Shown here: positions 1 through 11,760 of the stretch, piece by piece
Layout of the letters: each line of letters opens with the position of its first letter
How positions within the stretch are numbered: position 1 is the first letter of the stretch
Source: Octopus sinensis
Taxonomy: Eukaryota
Direction: 5' to 3'
Length of the DNA stretch: 64,000 nucleotides
NCBI RefSeq assembly: GCF_006345805.1
Contig: NC_043013.1
Span: forward strand, 40,734,001 to 40,798,000
Notes under the pieces: generated by a model
The model's database searches: none
Told to the model about the DNA's origin: nothing
What the model saw: the letters and a program-made list of their open reading frames with translations, nothing else
Program-made: the position numbers and the translations under genes

Positions 1-559
1 GTAGCAAAGGTGTCCCACCTTTTTGTGCATTAAATAGGCTGTTGTGGTCATCCCACCAAAAATCTTTGTATTATTTTGGTTGAATTTCCAAGATGGCCAA
101 AGTGGATTTGAAGAAAAGATTAGCAGGTATAAGGAGAAAATCTGTGTCTATTGCCACTCACCCCATCATTGAATAAATCAGCAGAGTAAGACCCATAAAG
201 GCCCCCCTAAACACTTAAAAATATTTTGGTGCTCCTGTACAGTATATAATTCGAAATATAGACAATGATAAACTATAAAATAAACTTTTATTTTTCAAAC
301 ACCACATCAATTAGCTACATCAAACTTGATAGGAGCAGTATTTTTACAACCAAATTGCTCCTAATTTTACAATTAAATTGCTCTCCTTAATGGGCCTCAC
401 TGAGAAAATGATAAGGGACTGGGAGATGTGGCGATTTGCTGTTTTTCATAAGACATGTCAGGCTAAGTAGAATCCCTGTCTTCCACATAAACAAGCTTGT
501 TCTTTCAGGTTCTGGTACCATTTAAAAAAACACCCATGCTGGTGCTGCATTAATATTTC

Positions 560-781
560 CATGCCAGTGCTGCATAAATACACCTGTGCCAGTGGTACGT
601 AAAAAGCACTCAGAATACTTTGTTAAATGGTTGGCATTAGGAAGGGCATCCAGCTGTAGAAACCATGTGACAACAGACAGTTGGAGTCTGGACAGCTTTG
701 CTAACCAGCTCTATGCCAAACCATCCAACCCCATGCCAGCAAGGAAAGCTGATGTTCAATGATGATGATGATGATGATGAA
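560..781 (+). mobile_element. 3' tail of an RTE-like LINE or dependent SINE ending in (GAT)n
   Basis: aggaagggcatccagctgtagaaaccat...ccaacccatgccagc...gatgatgat; related copies at about 1238-1400 (+), 14562-14700 (-), 15355-15490 (+), 50085-50480 (-), 52990-53210 (+). Confidence 0.6.
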
Positions 782-1577
782 TGGTTGAAAAGCTATATCA
801 TACTAAGTTGAACTTGAACCACTGAACTCAGACTCCAAATTTGCTTTTGGAAAATAACTATAATGACAGGGATACATCAATAAAGGAGCTTCTATGTGGT
901 TGTTTTGCCTGTTAGAAATAGCAGCAAAACCTCCCTCAAATCACACCCTGTTGTCTTTTTCTCACAGAAGAGATAATACATTGGATAATGTAGTCTAATG
1001 TAGTCTTATAGGAACTAAATCTGAATAAAAGACTGCGCTGGTTTGGTGGGTGCAGATGCAGATGGGTGAGGACAGTTGCACAAAGATGTGCCAATCACTT
1101 GGGAAACCCGGGAAGACATGGGATGAAGTACTGAAGGCCGATCTCAAAACACTGAGGCTTATAAAGGAGATGACAAAGGATTGCTGTACTCAAGAAGGCC
1201 TGCTCACCACAACAGAATTGATATCCAAAAACCAAGGTGCCATGTAAAAAGCACCTAGTAAACTCTGTAAAATGGTTGGTATTAGGAAGGGCATCCAGCA
1301 GTAAAAACCAAGCCAAAACAGACTATGGAACCTGGTGTCAAGCTGTCCAACCCATGGCAGCATGGAAGCAGATGTTAAATGATGATGATGATGATGATGT
1401 TGATGGTGGTGGTGGTCACTGCAGGAACATTGTTGATCATAGTGCTGTCACTGGATGAGAAGTGACCAAGGACTAAAGAACAATAACAATTAAGTTAAAG
1501 AAAACCATTTTAAACGTTCACAGATATATTTGTAATTGTAAAAAAAAAAAGGAGGAAAGAAAAGCGATGTCACTGAC

Positions 1578-2178
1578 CTGAGGGCCTTGAGTAAGACCAT
1601 TTCCACCTCCTTTGATTCTTGATTCAAGAGATCGTGCATCACTAAGCTCATCCACATTGTCATTTAAAACATTTTCGAAAACATTATCCACCCACCTGGC
1701 CCATGTAGAATTACGATCATCTGAAATAGCTGAGACACTTTCTTGGGGAACATTCATTTGATGAGCTTTTGTCGATGCAGTTCTCTCTGTATAGCGAGCA
1801 TTCAATCTGGTGTCAGCAATATTTGTTTCTCTCATGTCGACTGGACTTGAGCTGACATAACGTTTATTCAGTTGTGAATCTTTGTTGAGGTTACTGGGTG
1901 CCTGGATGCTGCTGCCATTGGTGGTGGCGTAGTCACCACTGCTAAGTGGAGAAGCAGCTCGCAATTTGTAATTATGATAACGATCATTGAGGGGACTCTC
2001 ATTTGTCAGATCTGGCAGGAAGTCTTCAGCCCGGCGCTGATTTAAAGGGTTTGATACTGAAAATGCGATGTCTTTCTTGGACTTTTTGGAATTAGCCCGA
2101 ATAGAAGTTTCAAGAGGGAGAACTTCAGGGAAATGTCCTGTAAAAGCCATGTTTCGGTCCTTCTCTGGATCATGAGGA
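1578..2178 (-). CDS. MYO15: Myosin XV-like large tail exon (PHDPEKDR...WARWVDNVFENVLNDNVDELSDARSLESRIKGGGNGLTQGPQ)
   Basis: Acceptor ttttcccccctgcag, donor gtcagt; 601 nt, phase 2 to 0; ends in a VDxxFxxVL..D.......RIKGGG motif resembling MYO15A LDSLFDPVL...RMKGGG; the gene presumably continues beyond this exon. Confidence 0.9.
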
Positions 2179-2495
2179 CTGCAGGGGGGAAAAAACAATA
2201 GCCACATTAAAATACAGAGCTGGTTTACCGAGCTGTTTTTAATAGATTTGTAAAATATGGAAAAGGTTAATGGAAGTGATATAACCCTGTCTGACCCATA
2301 CAAGCATGGAAAAGTGGACATTATGGTGATGATGATGATATAGTCTATTCAAGATATTACACTAGTACTATTTCTATGGTATACCTAGAAATGATCAAGG
2401 TGGAATATCATCAATAAAATATATAAAACACTATGTTTGTGTCATGTATTAAGTACTAGATTTGAAAGGAGCCTCTGTTCATTGAATTCTATATA

Positions 2496-2790
2496 CAGTG
2501 TGCGATGGGTAAATTGCCACCATTTTATATTTTTAATTTTGTGCTTTTGCATTGTTTGCTTTTGATTTTGTCAACTACACAGTGTTGTAGGGTCAGTTGG
2601 GCACCATCTGTGAGAAAAACAGCACCATGACACAATTCACTCTGCCAGAAATTTGGGAACGATATGCTGTACTACTTCACATTCCATGGCTGATCCTACC
2701 ACTCGGTTTCGTTCAAGGAATACAATGGAGTGTTAGGTAACAATCTGATTATATAACCTTATGCTCATCAGAGTTAGCCAATATTGAAGG
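2496..2790 (+). mobile_element. Tc1/mariner-like DNA transposon fragment
   Basis: Begins TA|CAGTGTGCGATGGG, resembling a Tc1-type terminus; the other end was not identified. Confidence 0.45.
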
Positions 2791-2895
2791 GAATACAGCA
2801 ACTGATTTCTGATAATATACCCACTCTATTGACAAATACACAAGTGCATCTTTTCATTGACTTATGGTCTCTTAGACAACTCACACACACACACA

Positions 2896-2940
<45 letters not shown>

Positions 2941-2944
2941 CATA

Positions 2945-3138
2945 CGAGGGATTGCTGAAAAGTTCCTAGCTTTAAGGGCATTGCAAAAGGCCTGGTTAAA
3001 GGCCCATCCTTCTGAGTTCTTTTACAGGGCTTAGGAAAACCAAAGAACCTTTGCAATAAGTATGTTGAATAAAATCATACTTAACTGATCCTCCTGTATT
3101 TTCTTTACCCAAAGCTAGGAACTTTTCACTAACCTCCT

Positions 3139-3140
<2 letters not shown>
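2945..3140. mobile_element. Mariner-derived MITE
   Basis: TA|CGAGGG...CTGAAAAGTTCCTAGCTTT and inverse AAAGCTAGGAACTTTTCAC...CCTTG|TA; partial copy at about 5108-5220. Confidence 0.75.
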
Positions 3141-3181
<41 letters not shown>

Positions 3182-3186
3182 CTCTC

Positions 3187-3638
3187 TCTATATAAACGGC
3201 AGTTTGTGTGTCTGTGTGTCTGTCAGGTTGTACCCTCACCCTGACCACGGCTTTCAACCGATTCTGATGAAACTTGACACACACATAGCCCAATGTCATA
3301 ATTCAAAACTAACGCAGGGAAAATTTTGAAAAGTTCCCCCAGTTCTGAAAAAATCGATAAATTCGACATGGGGGTCGAGAATCTAAGCTTTTTATATGCA
3401 ACACATTTTCTGGGCTGTACGTGGGCTGTTCACGCGTTGGGAGGCGCAATGATGTTTTCATGTTTTCGCCCAAAGGGACAGCTAGGAACATCATATACAC
3501 AGAAGTATTCGAGAGAAGAGAAGACATTGCAACCTACACATGCACCTTCGTTCCCTAGAGGGAAAGGACTAGATTGGGATTAGTCGTTACCTACTAGGGG
3601 CTCTTACATACCTGGGCAATGCTGGGCTATGCTGCTAG
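3187..3638 (+). mobile_element. Non-autonomous Helitron
   Basis: 5' TC(TATATAAA); 3' subterminal CpG-decayed hairpin cctgggcaatgctggg followed by terminal CTAG|T. Confidence 0.7.
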
Positions 3639-4833
3639 TACATATATATATAATATGTGTATGTGTGTGTGTGCTGCTTTTGTGCTTTGTGCTTCAATTA
3701 ATATTCAATAAAATCACAATTTTTGAGAGTTTTCGTAAAATATGTAGTTTTATAGATATTGACATATGTTACGATGAAACCAATTGAAATCTAAACATCA
3801 TCCTTTATATTGTAAAGAGATTTTGATTGGAATTTTAATTTGAATATGAATACATAAATATGAATGGCCATGGGAGGGTTGGCATTTAAAGAAGTAATTT
3901 GTAAATATGCCTTTACTTTTCAATCTCAGGTTGATTAATATGAAATTTAATTAACCAATTCATCACTCTACATCTAAAGATGTAACAAAAAGATTTCAAT
4001 TAATTTTGAAAATCAAAAATTTCAAAGGATTTTGTATAATAACAATGATTTTTCATGATGAAGCTGATATCTGAAACACAATGAAAGATTTTCACATAAA
4101 ATTGTAAGTAAAAGAATAAAAGAAAGGTGGTGCCCCAGCATGGCTGCCGTCTAATGTCTGAAACAATTAAAAGAATAAAATAGAAGGTTTTTAATTTTAT
4201 TAAAAATGGTTAATTTAAAAAAATTTTTTTTTTTTATTATAGAACATAAGTTGGTTATGAATAGGGGTAAATTATGGATTATGAAGGAATTAAATTCTTT
4301 TTTAGTGAAAATAATGAGACTGGTATGTGATGGATTTCAGGTGGGGCAGCAACACACTGCCCTTCACACCTATCAGAAAGCTGAACCAAGTTAGTAAGTG
4401 ACTAATACTACATTTTCTTCATGTTGTAAGTATTTCTTATTTGAATTTTAATGTTCACAGCATTAAATGTGTTAATAGCCTTTATTTCTCAATGTGGCTG
4501 GTATTCCCGGGCAACACATTGTCAAAATAATTTTAGTTTTTTATGCTGACTAGTGAACATTCTTGTTGCACTTACTGAATTTTTGGAGTATTACTTTGGA
4601 ATGTATCCTGACGTTTAAGCTTTACTGATGAGGTCTCAGCAGGATTGAAATCTACCTCAGGTTGTCTCCCATGTTCGCTGAAACAATTAAAATAACATCT
4701 ATCTTACACTGTTTTTTTTTTTCCTTTTTCACCTCTTTATAAAATTATTTCCAGTTAGCTTTTATTGATGTTCATTCCATTTAACACTAATGGATGTACT
4801 GAATGAAAGAATGGCTGAACAGAAAAACCTTAC

Positions 4834-5034
4834 CTGTTGGAACCAGTCCGTCTCCCAATTGGTCCTGCTGTATGGTCTGTGTAGACAAATGTGTATGATT
4901 TACACACAGGGAAGCCTTGGACAATCTCTATCTCAGAAATCAGATCCAACACATAATCATTCCCCATCAGTTCATAGTAGTGAGGTCCTTCTTCCAGTGC
5001 TACAGTCCAGCCACTGTGATTGTCATACATATTT
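4834..5034 (-). CDS. MYO15: Myosin XV-like exon (NMYDNHSGWTVALEEG...ELMGNDYVLDLISEIEIVQGFPVCKSY...)
   Basis: Acceptor ttgtccacag, donor gtaagg; 201 nt, phase 2-2; GWTV...ELxGxDYVLDLISxxE motif typical of class XV. Confidence 0.95.
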
Positions 5035-5524
5035 CTGTGGACAAAATACATCATCTTGTTAGAGAGAGAGAGAGAGAGTAGTGTACTCTGGGAAGAATAG
5101 TATAATGTACGAAGAGATGCTGAAAAGTTCCTGGCTTTAAAGGTATCATGAAAGGCCTGGTTGGAGGTCCAACCTTCCAAGTTTTTTTACAGGGCTTAGA
5201 AAAACTGAAGGACCACTGTATGTGTGTGTGTGCTTGCTATCTGACAATGTAGTTTTGGGTTCAGTTCCACTGCACAACACGTTAGGCAAATATCTTCTTT
5301 TATAGTCCAAGCCAACCAAAGCCTTGTGAGTGGACTTAGTAGATTGAAACTGAAAGTGGTTGAGGTAGCCAACTGGCAGACCTAGGGATAGACACATGTA
5401 ATATCCTTGGTCTCAGTTGGTCATGTTTAGGAAATCAGCAGAAAGAGTGCAATGATGGTCGTTTCTGGTAAGACTCGATGGAGAATATGCTTGAAGACAC
5501 GACCTCTGCAACTTTTCCAGGAAG

Positions 5525-5637
5525 AGTGGGTAGTGAAAATGAACAAATGGATGGATGGGTATCATGTTTATGAACTTACCATTAGGTAACTTTGCAGTTA
5601 AAGCCACATTAGACTCCCTTAAAACTGCTTTCCATTC
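5525..5637 (-). pseudogene. Partial duplicate of the 3' end of myosin exon 7105-7274 plus its donor and intron start
   Basis: 49/58 nt identical to 7105-7162 (EWKAVLRESNVALTAKLPN vs EWKAALRRANMALTAKFPD); 24/26 identical over the intron start. Confidence 0.85.
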
Positions 5638-6004
5638 TATGTGTTCTTGGTGAAGTTAAAGGAGTAATGTATGGGGTGGGGTGGCAGTTTCTGTGCTTGG
5701 GAGGTAGTATAGCAGCAATGAATTATGGGTAGTGGTGTGTTTGTACTGGGTAGAAATACATTGGAGTACTGTATGGATTCAATAATTAACCCATAGAAAT
5801 AATTAAAGCTTAATGAAAATGTTCGATGAAGATACATGGGGGTGGATACATTAAAGATAAAAAAAATGCAATCCTTAATCTGATGAGTAAAGATTGACAT
5901 AACATTGAAGACATGAACAACATTGACTAATGGTGAATATATAATAAAATATTGACCAGAGAGTGACTGTAAGTGTTTTATGAAATACTGAAGCATCACT
6001 TAGA

Positions 6005-6240
6005 CCAGTGCTACTCAAAGTGGTGGTCCATGGACCGGTGCTCGGCATGTGGCAAGTTTCCAGAAAAGAAAGAAATATTATAAAATGTTCATGAAAATAC
6101 TTCTGTAATATTGTATTATTTGTTTACAAAATAAATGTAAGATAAAAAAAATATGTCAACTTTTATTATATTCATTATATATATTGTTTCCAGTGTCAAT
6201 TAATATTACTAAGAAATATTACCAGTCCCTGGCACATTGG
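6005..6240. mobile_element. hAT (Charlie-like) MITE remnant
   Basis: Starts CAGTGCTACTCAAAGTGGTGGTCCATGGACCGG, resembling Charlie/MER5-type ends. Confidence 0.45.
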
Positions 6241-6788
6241 GGAGAAAAAAAGTGCCATTATGCCACATCAGATAGTTTGAAAAGCACTGAGACCACAAAA
6301 GGACTGATGCTTGTCATGACAATGACCATTTGACCAACAATCAGTGGTGTAGCTAAGAGGGGAGCAAGGGGAGGCAACCACTGGACCCAAGCACATATTT
6401 CAAAGTTGGTACCTTCCCAGTAATTTTTTTTTTTAACTCTTTCATTACCTATATCAGTAGCGGTAAGTTTTATACATAATGACATTGTTAGTGAAACATG
6501 AAATTAACGAATGTAGAATACAGTTAGGCATATCATAATTAATGAAATATTTTGAGTAATATAAGAGAAATGGGTTAAAAGTTGTTTGGTTATGTGCCAT
6601 GGTGCTTTCTTTTTTTATGTGCTCACTCCCGCTGACTTTAGAACTTGGCTTTGCCTCAGCCAACAATGTTGCTTATTTATTATTGTTTGGGACAAAGACT
6701 TAATCATTATCCACAGTGTTTGATGTAATATTAGTCCAGCCAATCAAATAGAATAGTGTGTGTGTGTGTGTACATGTAAGTTGTATAC

Positions 6789-6861
6789 CTTTGATCCAGA
6801 AGATTGGCAGCAAATCTCTCCCCTGTAATCCATGAATCTACATGGCCGATTTGTGTAACAT
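6789..6861 (-). CDS. MYO15: Myosin XV-like exon, FERM-like start (DVTQIGHVDSWITGERFAANLLDQR)
   Basis: Acceptor tctttctctag, donor gtatac; 73 nt, phase 1 to 2; VxSWxTGE motif. Confidence 0.92.
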
Positions 6862-7104
6862 CTAGAGAAAGACAAAATCAAAAAAAGACTATTAGAGAGA
6901 ACATATTGATTTCAAATTTTAGCACAAAACCAGCAATTTCGGAAGAAGGGGTAAGTCGTTTACATCAAACCCAGTGCCCAACTGGTACTTGTTTTACTGG
7001 CCCCGAAAGAGATGAAAGGCAAAGTTGACCTTGGCAGAATTTGAAATCAGAATGTGAAGACAGTGGGTGGCAAAAATAGATGGATATTATGTTTATGAAC
7101 TTAC

Positions 7105-7274
7105 CATCAGGAAACTTTGCAGTTAAAGCCATGTTGGCCCTCCTTAAAGCTGCTTTCCATTCCAGCAGACAGGGCGGGTAAGTACGGCAAAGTGTTGGCC
7201 GTATGTTGAAACATTGAAGTAATTTATGCTGACAGAACTCTTTGTAGCCATTGTAGCCAAAATCCGACACGTAT
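7105..7274 (-). CDS. MYO15: Myosin XV-like exon, MyTH4 end (YVSDFGYNGYKEFCQHKLLQ...RTYPPCLLEWKA...AKFPD)
   Basis: Acceptor tgttgtgcag, donor gtaagt; 170 nt, phase 2 to 1; RxxPPxxLEWxA motif. Confidence 0.96.
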
Positions 7275-7975
7275 CTGCACAACAGAGAAAAAAACACAGA
7301 TTTAGGATGGTTGCTGTTTGTTTTATATATGTTTGTCTTATTTAGTTGGTTTTTAACATTTGAGGGATTTGCTATGGTGTAATATAGTAAGGAGTCCTAG
7401 GATTGTTGGAACTCTACTTGATTAGGAGATTGAAAGAACACAAATAGTTAACAAATGAAAAGCAAAGGGACCCTTCTTCTCAACATGAGACCAGTATTCA
7501 TAGGTTTGGATAGGCTACGATATACATCATATCTATTAGAGAAAGGTCACAACTCCTGACCATTTACAAGGTTTCGAATGCTGGTGGGAGGGAGAGACAA
7601 AGGTATCCTTAAATTGGAAGCTTGGCTTGAATATTTGTGACAGGGGCCTCTGTAAAGGCATCTAAGGACCAGGAGGTTGTATTAAACTCAGCAACAAATT
7701 AAGTTGACGACCCAGTTTAGTCCCAGCAGGATTTGAACTCAGAATGTAAGGTATTTTGTCTGACATGCTAATGACTGCTGATTCACTGTTTAAATACAAG
7801 GGTGTATATTTGGTTAAAATGGGAAGAAAAGGAGTGTGCACACACATGTGTATGTGTGTGTCTATATATATATATATATGTACATATATATGTATATATG
7901 TGTCTGTATATGTATGTGTGAATATATATATACATATTTAGAGAGAGAGAGAAAGAGAAAAAAAGAAATAGATAT

Positions 7976-8228
7976 TCTTTTATTCTTTTACTTGCTTCAG
8001 TCATTTCGACTGTGGCCATGCTGGGGCACCACCTTTAGTCGAATGAATCAATCCCAGGACTTACTTTTTGTGTCCCTAGTACTTATTCTATTGGTCTCTT
8101 TTGCCAAGTTGCTAAGTTATGGGGATGTAAACACACCAACATCGGTTGTCAAGTGATAGTGGGGGGACAAACACAGATCCACATGCACATGCACACACAC
8201 ATATATATATACATACATATATACATAC

Positions 8229-8260
<32 letters not shown>

Positions 8261-8275
8261 ATTATATATATATAT

Positions 8276-8350
<75 letters not shown>

Positions 8351-8355
8351 CAAGC

Positions 8356-8386
<31 letters not shown>

Positions 8387-8687
8387 CAAGCATATACTTA
8401 TATATATATACACATACAAATATATACATATATATATATATATATATACATACAAACATATACATATATATATATACACATACAAACATATACATATATA
8501 TATATACACATACAAATATATACATATATATATATATATATATACACATACAAAATATACATATATATATATATATACATACAAACATATACATATATAT
8601 ATATTACATACAAACATATACATATATATATATATACATACAAACATATACATATATATATATATATATATACATACAAACATATAC

Positions 8688-8720
<33 letters not shown>

Positions 8721-8729
8721 ATATATAAT

Positions 8730-8761
<32 letters not shown>

Positions 8762-9048
8762 TACATACATACATACAAACATATATATATATATATATAT
8801 ATATATACTTACAAACAATATATATATATATATATACATACAAACATATACATATATATATACATACAAACATATACATATATATATACATACAAACATA
8901 TATATATATATATATATATATATAAGAAGTTTCTTTCAGTTTCTGTCTACCAAATCCACTCACAAGGTTTTGGTCAGTCCAAGGCCTTGCCGTAGGCCTG
9001 AACCTGGAACCATGTGGTAGGGAAGCAAGTTTCTTACCACACAGCCAC
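7976..9048 (-). mobile_element. tRNA-derived SINE (family 1) with a roughly 730-bp internal (TA/CA)n expansion
   Basis: SINE tail half 7976-8185, head half 8925-9048, microsatellite at the position where intact copies have a short TA tract. Confidence 0.85.
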
Positions 9049-9186
9049 ATATATATTAGACAATGAGCTCAAAAAGAAGACAACACAGGAGTGAGTGTGT
9101 GTGGTGTGTGTGTGTGTGTGTGTGTGTTGAAGCCAATGAAATGTTTAAAAAAAAAGTGTCATAGAAGATTGTAGCAAGGAACTTAC

Positions 9187-9347
9187 TTCAGTAGATATTT
9201 CTTGAGTGTGTCACTTGGAATAACACAACAGAGGCAGAAGGCCAGCAGAAACCAACCCCTCTCACCATTGCTTGTCACTGTGTTCTTCCAAGTTTGGTTG
9301 GCCAATTGGCAATAGATTTCATCTCGAAGTTGTTCATCTTGTAAACA
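9187..9347 (-). CDS. MYO15: Myosin XV-like exon, MyTH4 core (CLQDEQLRDEIYCQLANQTWKN...ERGWFLLAFCL...LKKYLLK)
   Basis: Acceptor cttcttcag, donor gtaagt; 161 nt, phase 0 to 2; canonical MyTH4 LRDEIYCQL and RGW motifs. Confidence 0.96.
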
Positions 9348-9757
9348 CTGAAGAAGGGGATACAGTGAATCATGAGGAACAGGAAGAGGAAAAGATATGA
9401 AGATGGAGATGAAAGGGAGAGTGATAGACAAAGACGTGGTGAGAGAGAGAGTAGTAGTGGAAGTAAGAGAAGAAGAGGAAGTAGTGAAAGGGTGTGAGAA
9501 GAGAAAGAGTAGGCTGTAAAAGGAAGTAAGAGGAGGAGAAGTTAGAGTAAGACAAGAAGAGTGTAGCAAGTGGAAGGGAGACCATGAGTGAGAGGGAGAG
9601 AGAGAACAAGAGAAGTGATAGTGAGAGGTGGTAAGCAGAAGAGGGGGAAAGGAAAGTCAGACAAGGATAAAGAATTTGAGAGAGAAGGGGGCAGAAAAAG
9701 AGAGAGAGAGGATGAAATAGAGAAAGAAAGAAAGAAATAAAGGTAGAAATACTTCAC

Positions 9758-9832
9758 CTTTTGTATGATATAATCTGCAATGATTTTCTTACGTTTGTCT
9801 GCCATTTTACTATCTGCCATGAATCTCATTAT
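9758..9832 (-). CDS. MYO15: Myosin XV-like exon, MyTH4 (IMRFMADSKMADKRKKIIADYIIQK)
   Basis: Acceptor cattaacag, donor gtgaag; 75 nt, phase 0-0; parallels the MYO15A ILRFMGD...NYIVQK pattern. Confidence 0.93.
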
Positions 9833-9970
9833 CTGTTAATGATAATATATTACAATGATGAAGTAAATTACATGTGTTTTGATTAATCAGCAGTATATCG
9901 TTTAATTTATTTCAGTCATTTGACTGCAAGCTACTTACCACACAGCCAATCCTGCAATTATATATATATA

Positions 9971-10411
9971 CTCTTTTACTTGTTTGTCATTTGACTGTGG
10001 CCATGCTGGAGCACACCGCCTTTAGTCGAGCAACTCGACCCTGGGACTTATTCTTTTGTAAGGCCAGTACTTATTCTATCGGTCTCTTTTGCCGAACCGC
10101 AAAGTGATGGGGACGTAAACACACCACCATCGGTTGTCAAGCAATGCTAGGGGAACAAACACCAACATCGGTTGTCAAGCAATATAGGGGGACAAACACA
10201 AACACACAAACACACACACATACATATATATATACATACATATATACGACAGGCTTCTTTCAGTTTCCGTCTACCAAATCCACTCACAAGGCTTTGGTCG
10301 GCCCAGGGCTATAGCAGAAGACACTTGCCCAAGATGCCACGCAGTGGGACTGAACCCGGAACCATGTGGCTGGTTAGCAAGCTATTTACCACACAGCCAC
10401 TCCTGCACCTA
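9971..10411 (-). mobile_element. tRNA-derived SINE family 1, near full length
   Basis: Closely matches 44925-45332 in reverse; small internal tandem duplication at about 10120-10190. Confidence 0.9.
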
Positions 10412-10719
10412 TATATATATATATGGTAAAATTGATACTTACAGTTGGACATGGATAAATACTAGCTAGCTGTGTTATATTTAGTTATTTTATAATATAA
10501 TATAACCATGATGATGTGTAACTAGAGTATTCAATGTACTTCAAGATGTATCTAATTGTGCTGCATATTTTAAAAATAAAATTCAAAACTTTAAAATAGT
10601 TTGTACTAATGCTTTGGTGTCATGGAAAATGTGTTGTCATGATTAGTAAAGCAAAATTAACAATACTTTTCTACATATTCACCCAACTTGCAAAATTTAA
10701 AACAGTTTTTCTTTTTGTT

Positions 10720-11400
10720 TTCCATGTAAAGTGCACTAATGATTTTTAGCTTTCCATGGAAAGTGTTCAAGGAATTTTAAACTTTCCATGGAGAGCAAAG
10801 TGTATTAGAAAATTTTAATATTTAATGTAAAGTACACTAGTTATTTTTAATTATCTAAATAACAGAATAATAAAGTGCACTGATAATTTTTAACCATCTA
10901 TACAGAGTGTACAAATAATTTTTAACATTTCACATAAAGTGTGCAAGTAATTTTTAATTTTCCATGCAAAGTGGGCAAATATTTTTAACAGTTCATGTAA
11001 AGTGTGCAAGTAATTATTGACTTTCCAATGACGTGCATTGATTATTTTTAACCATCTATACATAGTGTACAAATATTTCTTAACATTTCATGTAAAATGT
11101 GCAGATAATTTTAAACTTTCCATGCAAAGTGTGCAGATAATTTCTCACATTTCATGAAAAGTGTGCAAGTAATTATTGACTTTCCATGCTAAGTGCACTG
11201 ATAATTTTTAACTGTCTATACAGAATGTGCAAATAATTTTTAACATTTCATGTAAAGTATGCAAGTAATTTTTAACTTTTCATGCAAAGTGTGCAAGTAA
11301 TTATTGGCTTGCCATGCAAAGTGCACTGATAATTTTTAATTTAACTGTTTATGCAAAGAACACTGGTAGTTTTTAACATTTCATGCAAAGTATGCTAGTT
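10720..11400. repeat. AT-rich minisatellite, about 32-bp unit with an about 159-bp higher-order period
   Basis: Recurring aaagtgtgcaagtaatttttaacatttcatg; the gtgcac/t variant recurs at 10875, 11033, 11193, 11321. Confidence 0.85.
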
Positions 11401-11760
11401 GTTTGATTGCTTGTGTGTCACGAAATAAAAATGATTGTGAAACTCAATTAAAATATTTGTATAGACATATTTGTCAACAGGTAAGAAGATGTCAAAGGGC
11501 ATATAGATGATAGGTACACACAATGAGTGTTCAGAGTGAATCAAGTGCTTAAATTTGTAAAATAGCAAGTGCAGGGATGCTGGATCTACATAAGAGTTGG
11601 CAATAGACAAGGGGCTAAGCTGATGTAGGTATAAAAGAACAAAATATGAATGGAGATTTGTGGCGCATTAAATCCATTTATAACATATTTATACACCATA
11701 TTGAAGAAAATACAAAAATATTGAAGAAAGAACAAAGTGGCACTCCACTGGTTACAATGA

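Noticed and set aside
5580-5636. Duplicated segment as an in-frame alternative or mutually exclusive exon
   Set aside because: Its conserved frame is phase 1-1, but it lies between phase-2 exons and downstream of the exon that should follow it; inclusion gives a stop
8117-8925. Long ORFs of 100-300 aa rich in Y/I/H/T/C/V (also 39408-40386, 43434-43753, 58159-58915, 62677-63211)
   Set aside because: They are translations of (TA/CA)n microsatellites, which are largely free of stop codons; not genes
10720-11400. CRISPR-like appearance of roughly 32-bp periodic repeats
   Set aside because: The units are contiguous with no unique spacers, there are no cas genes, and the context is a eukaryotic intron
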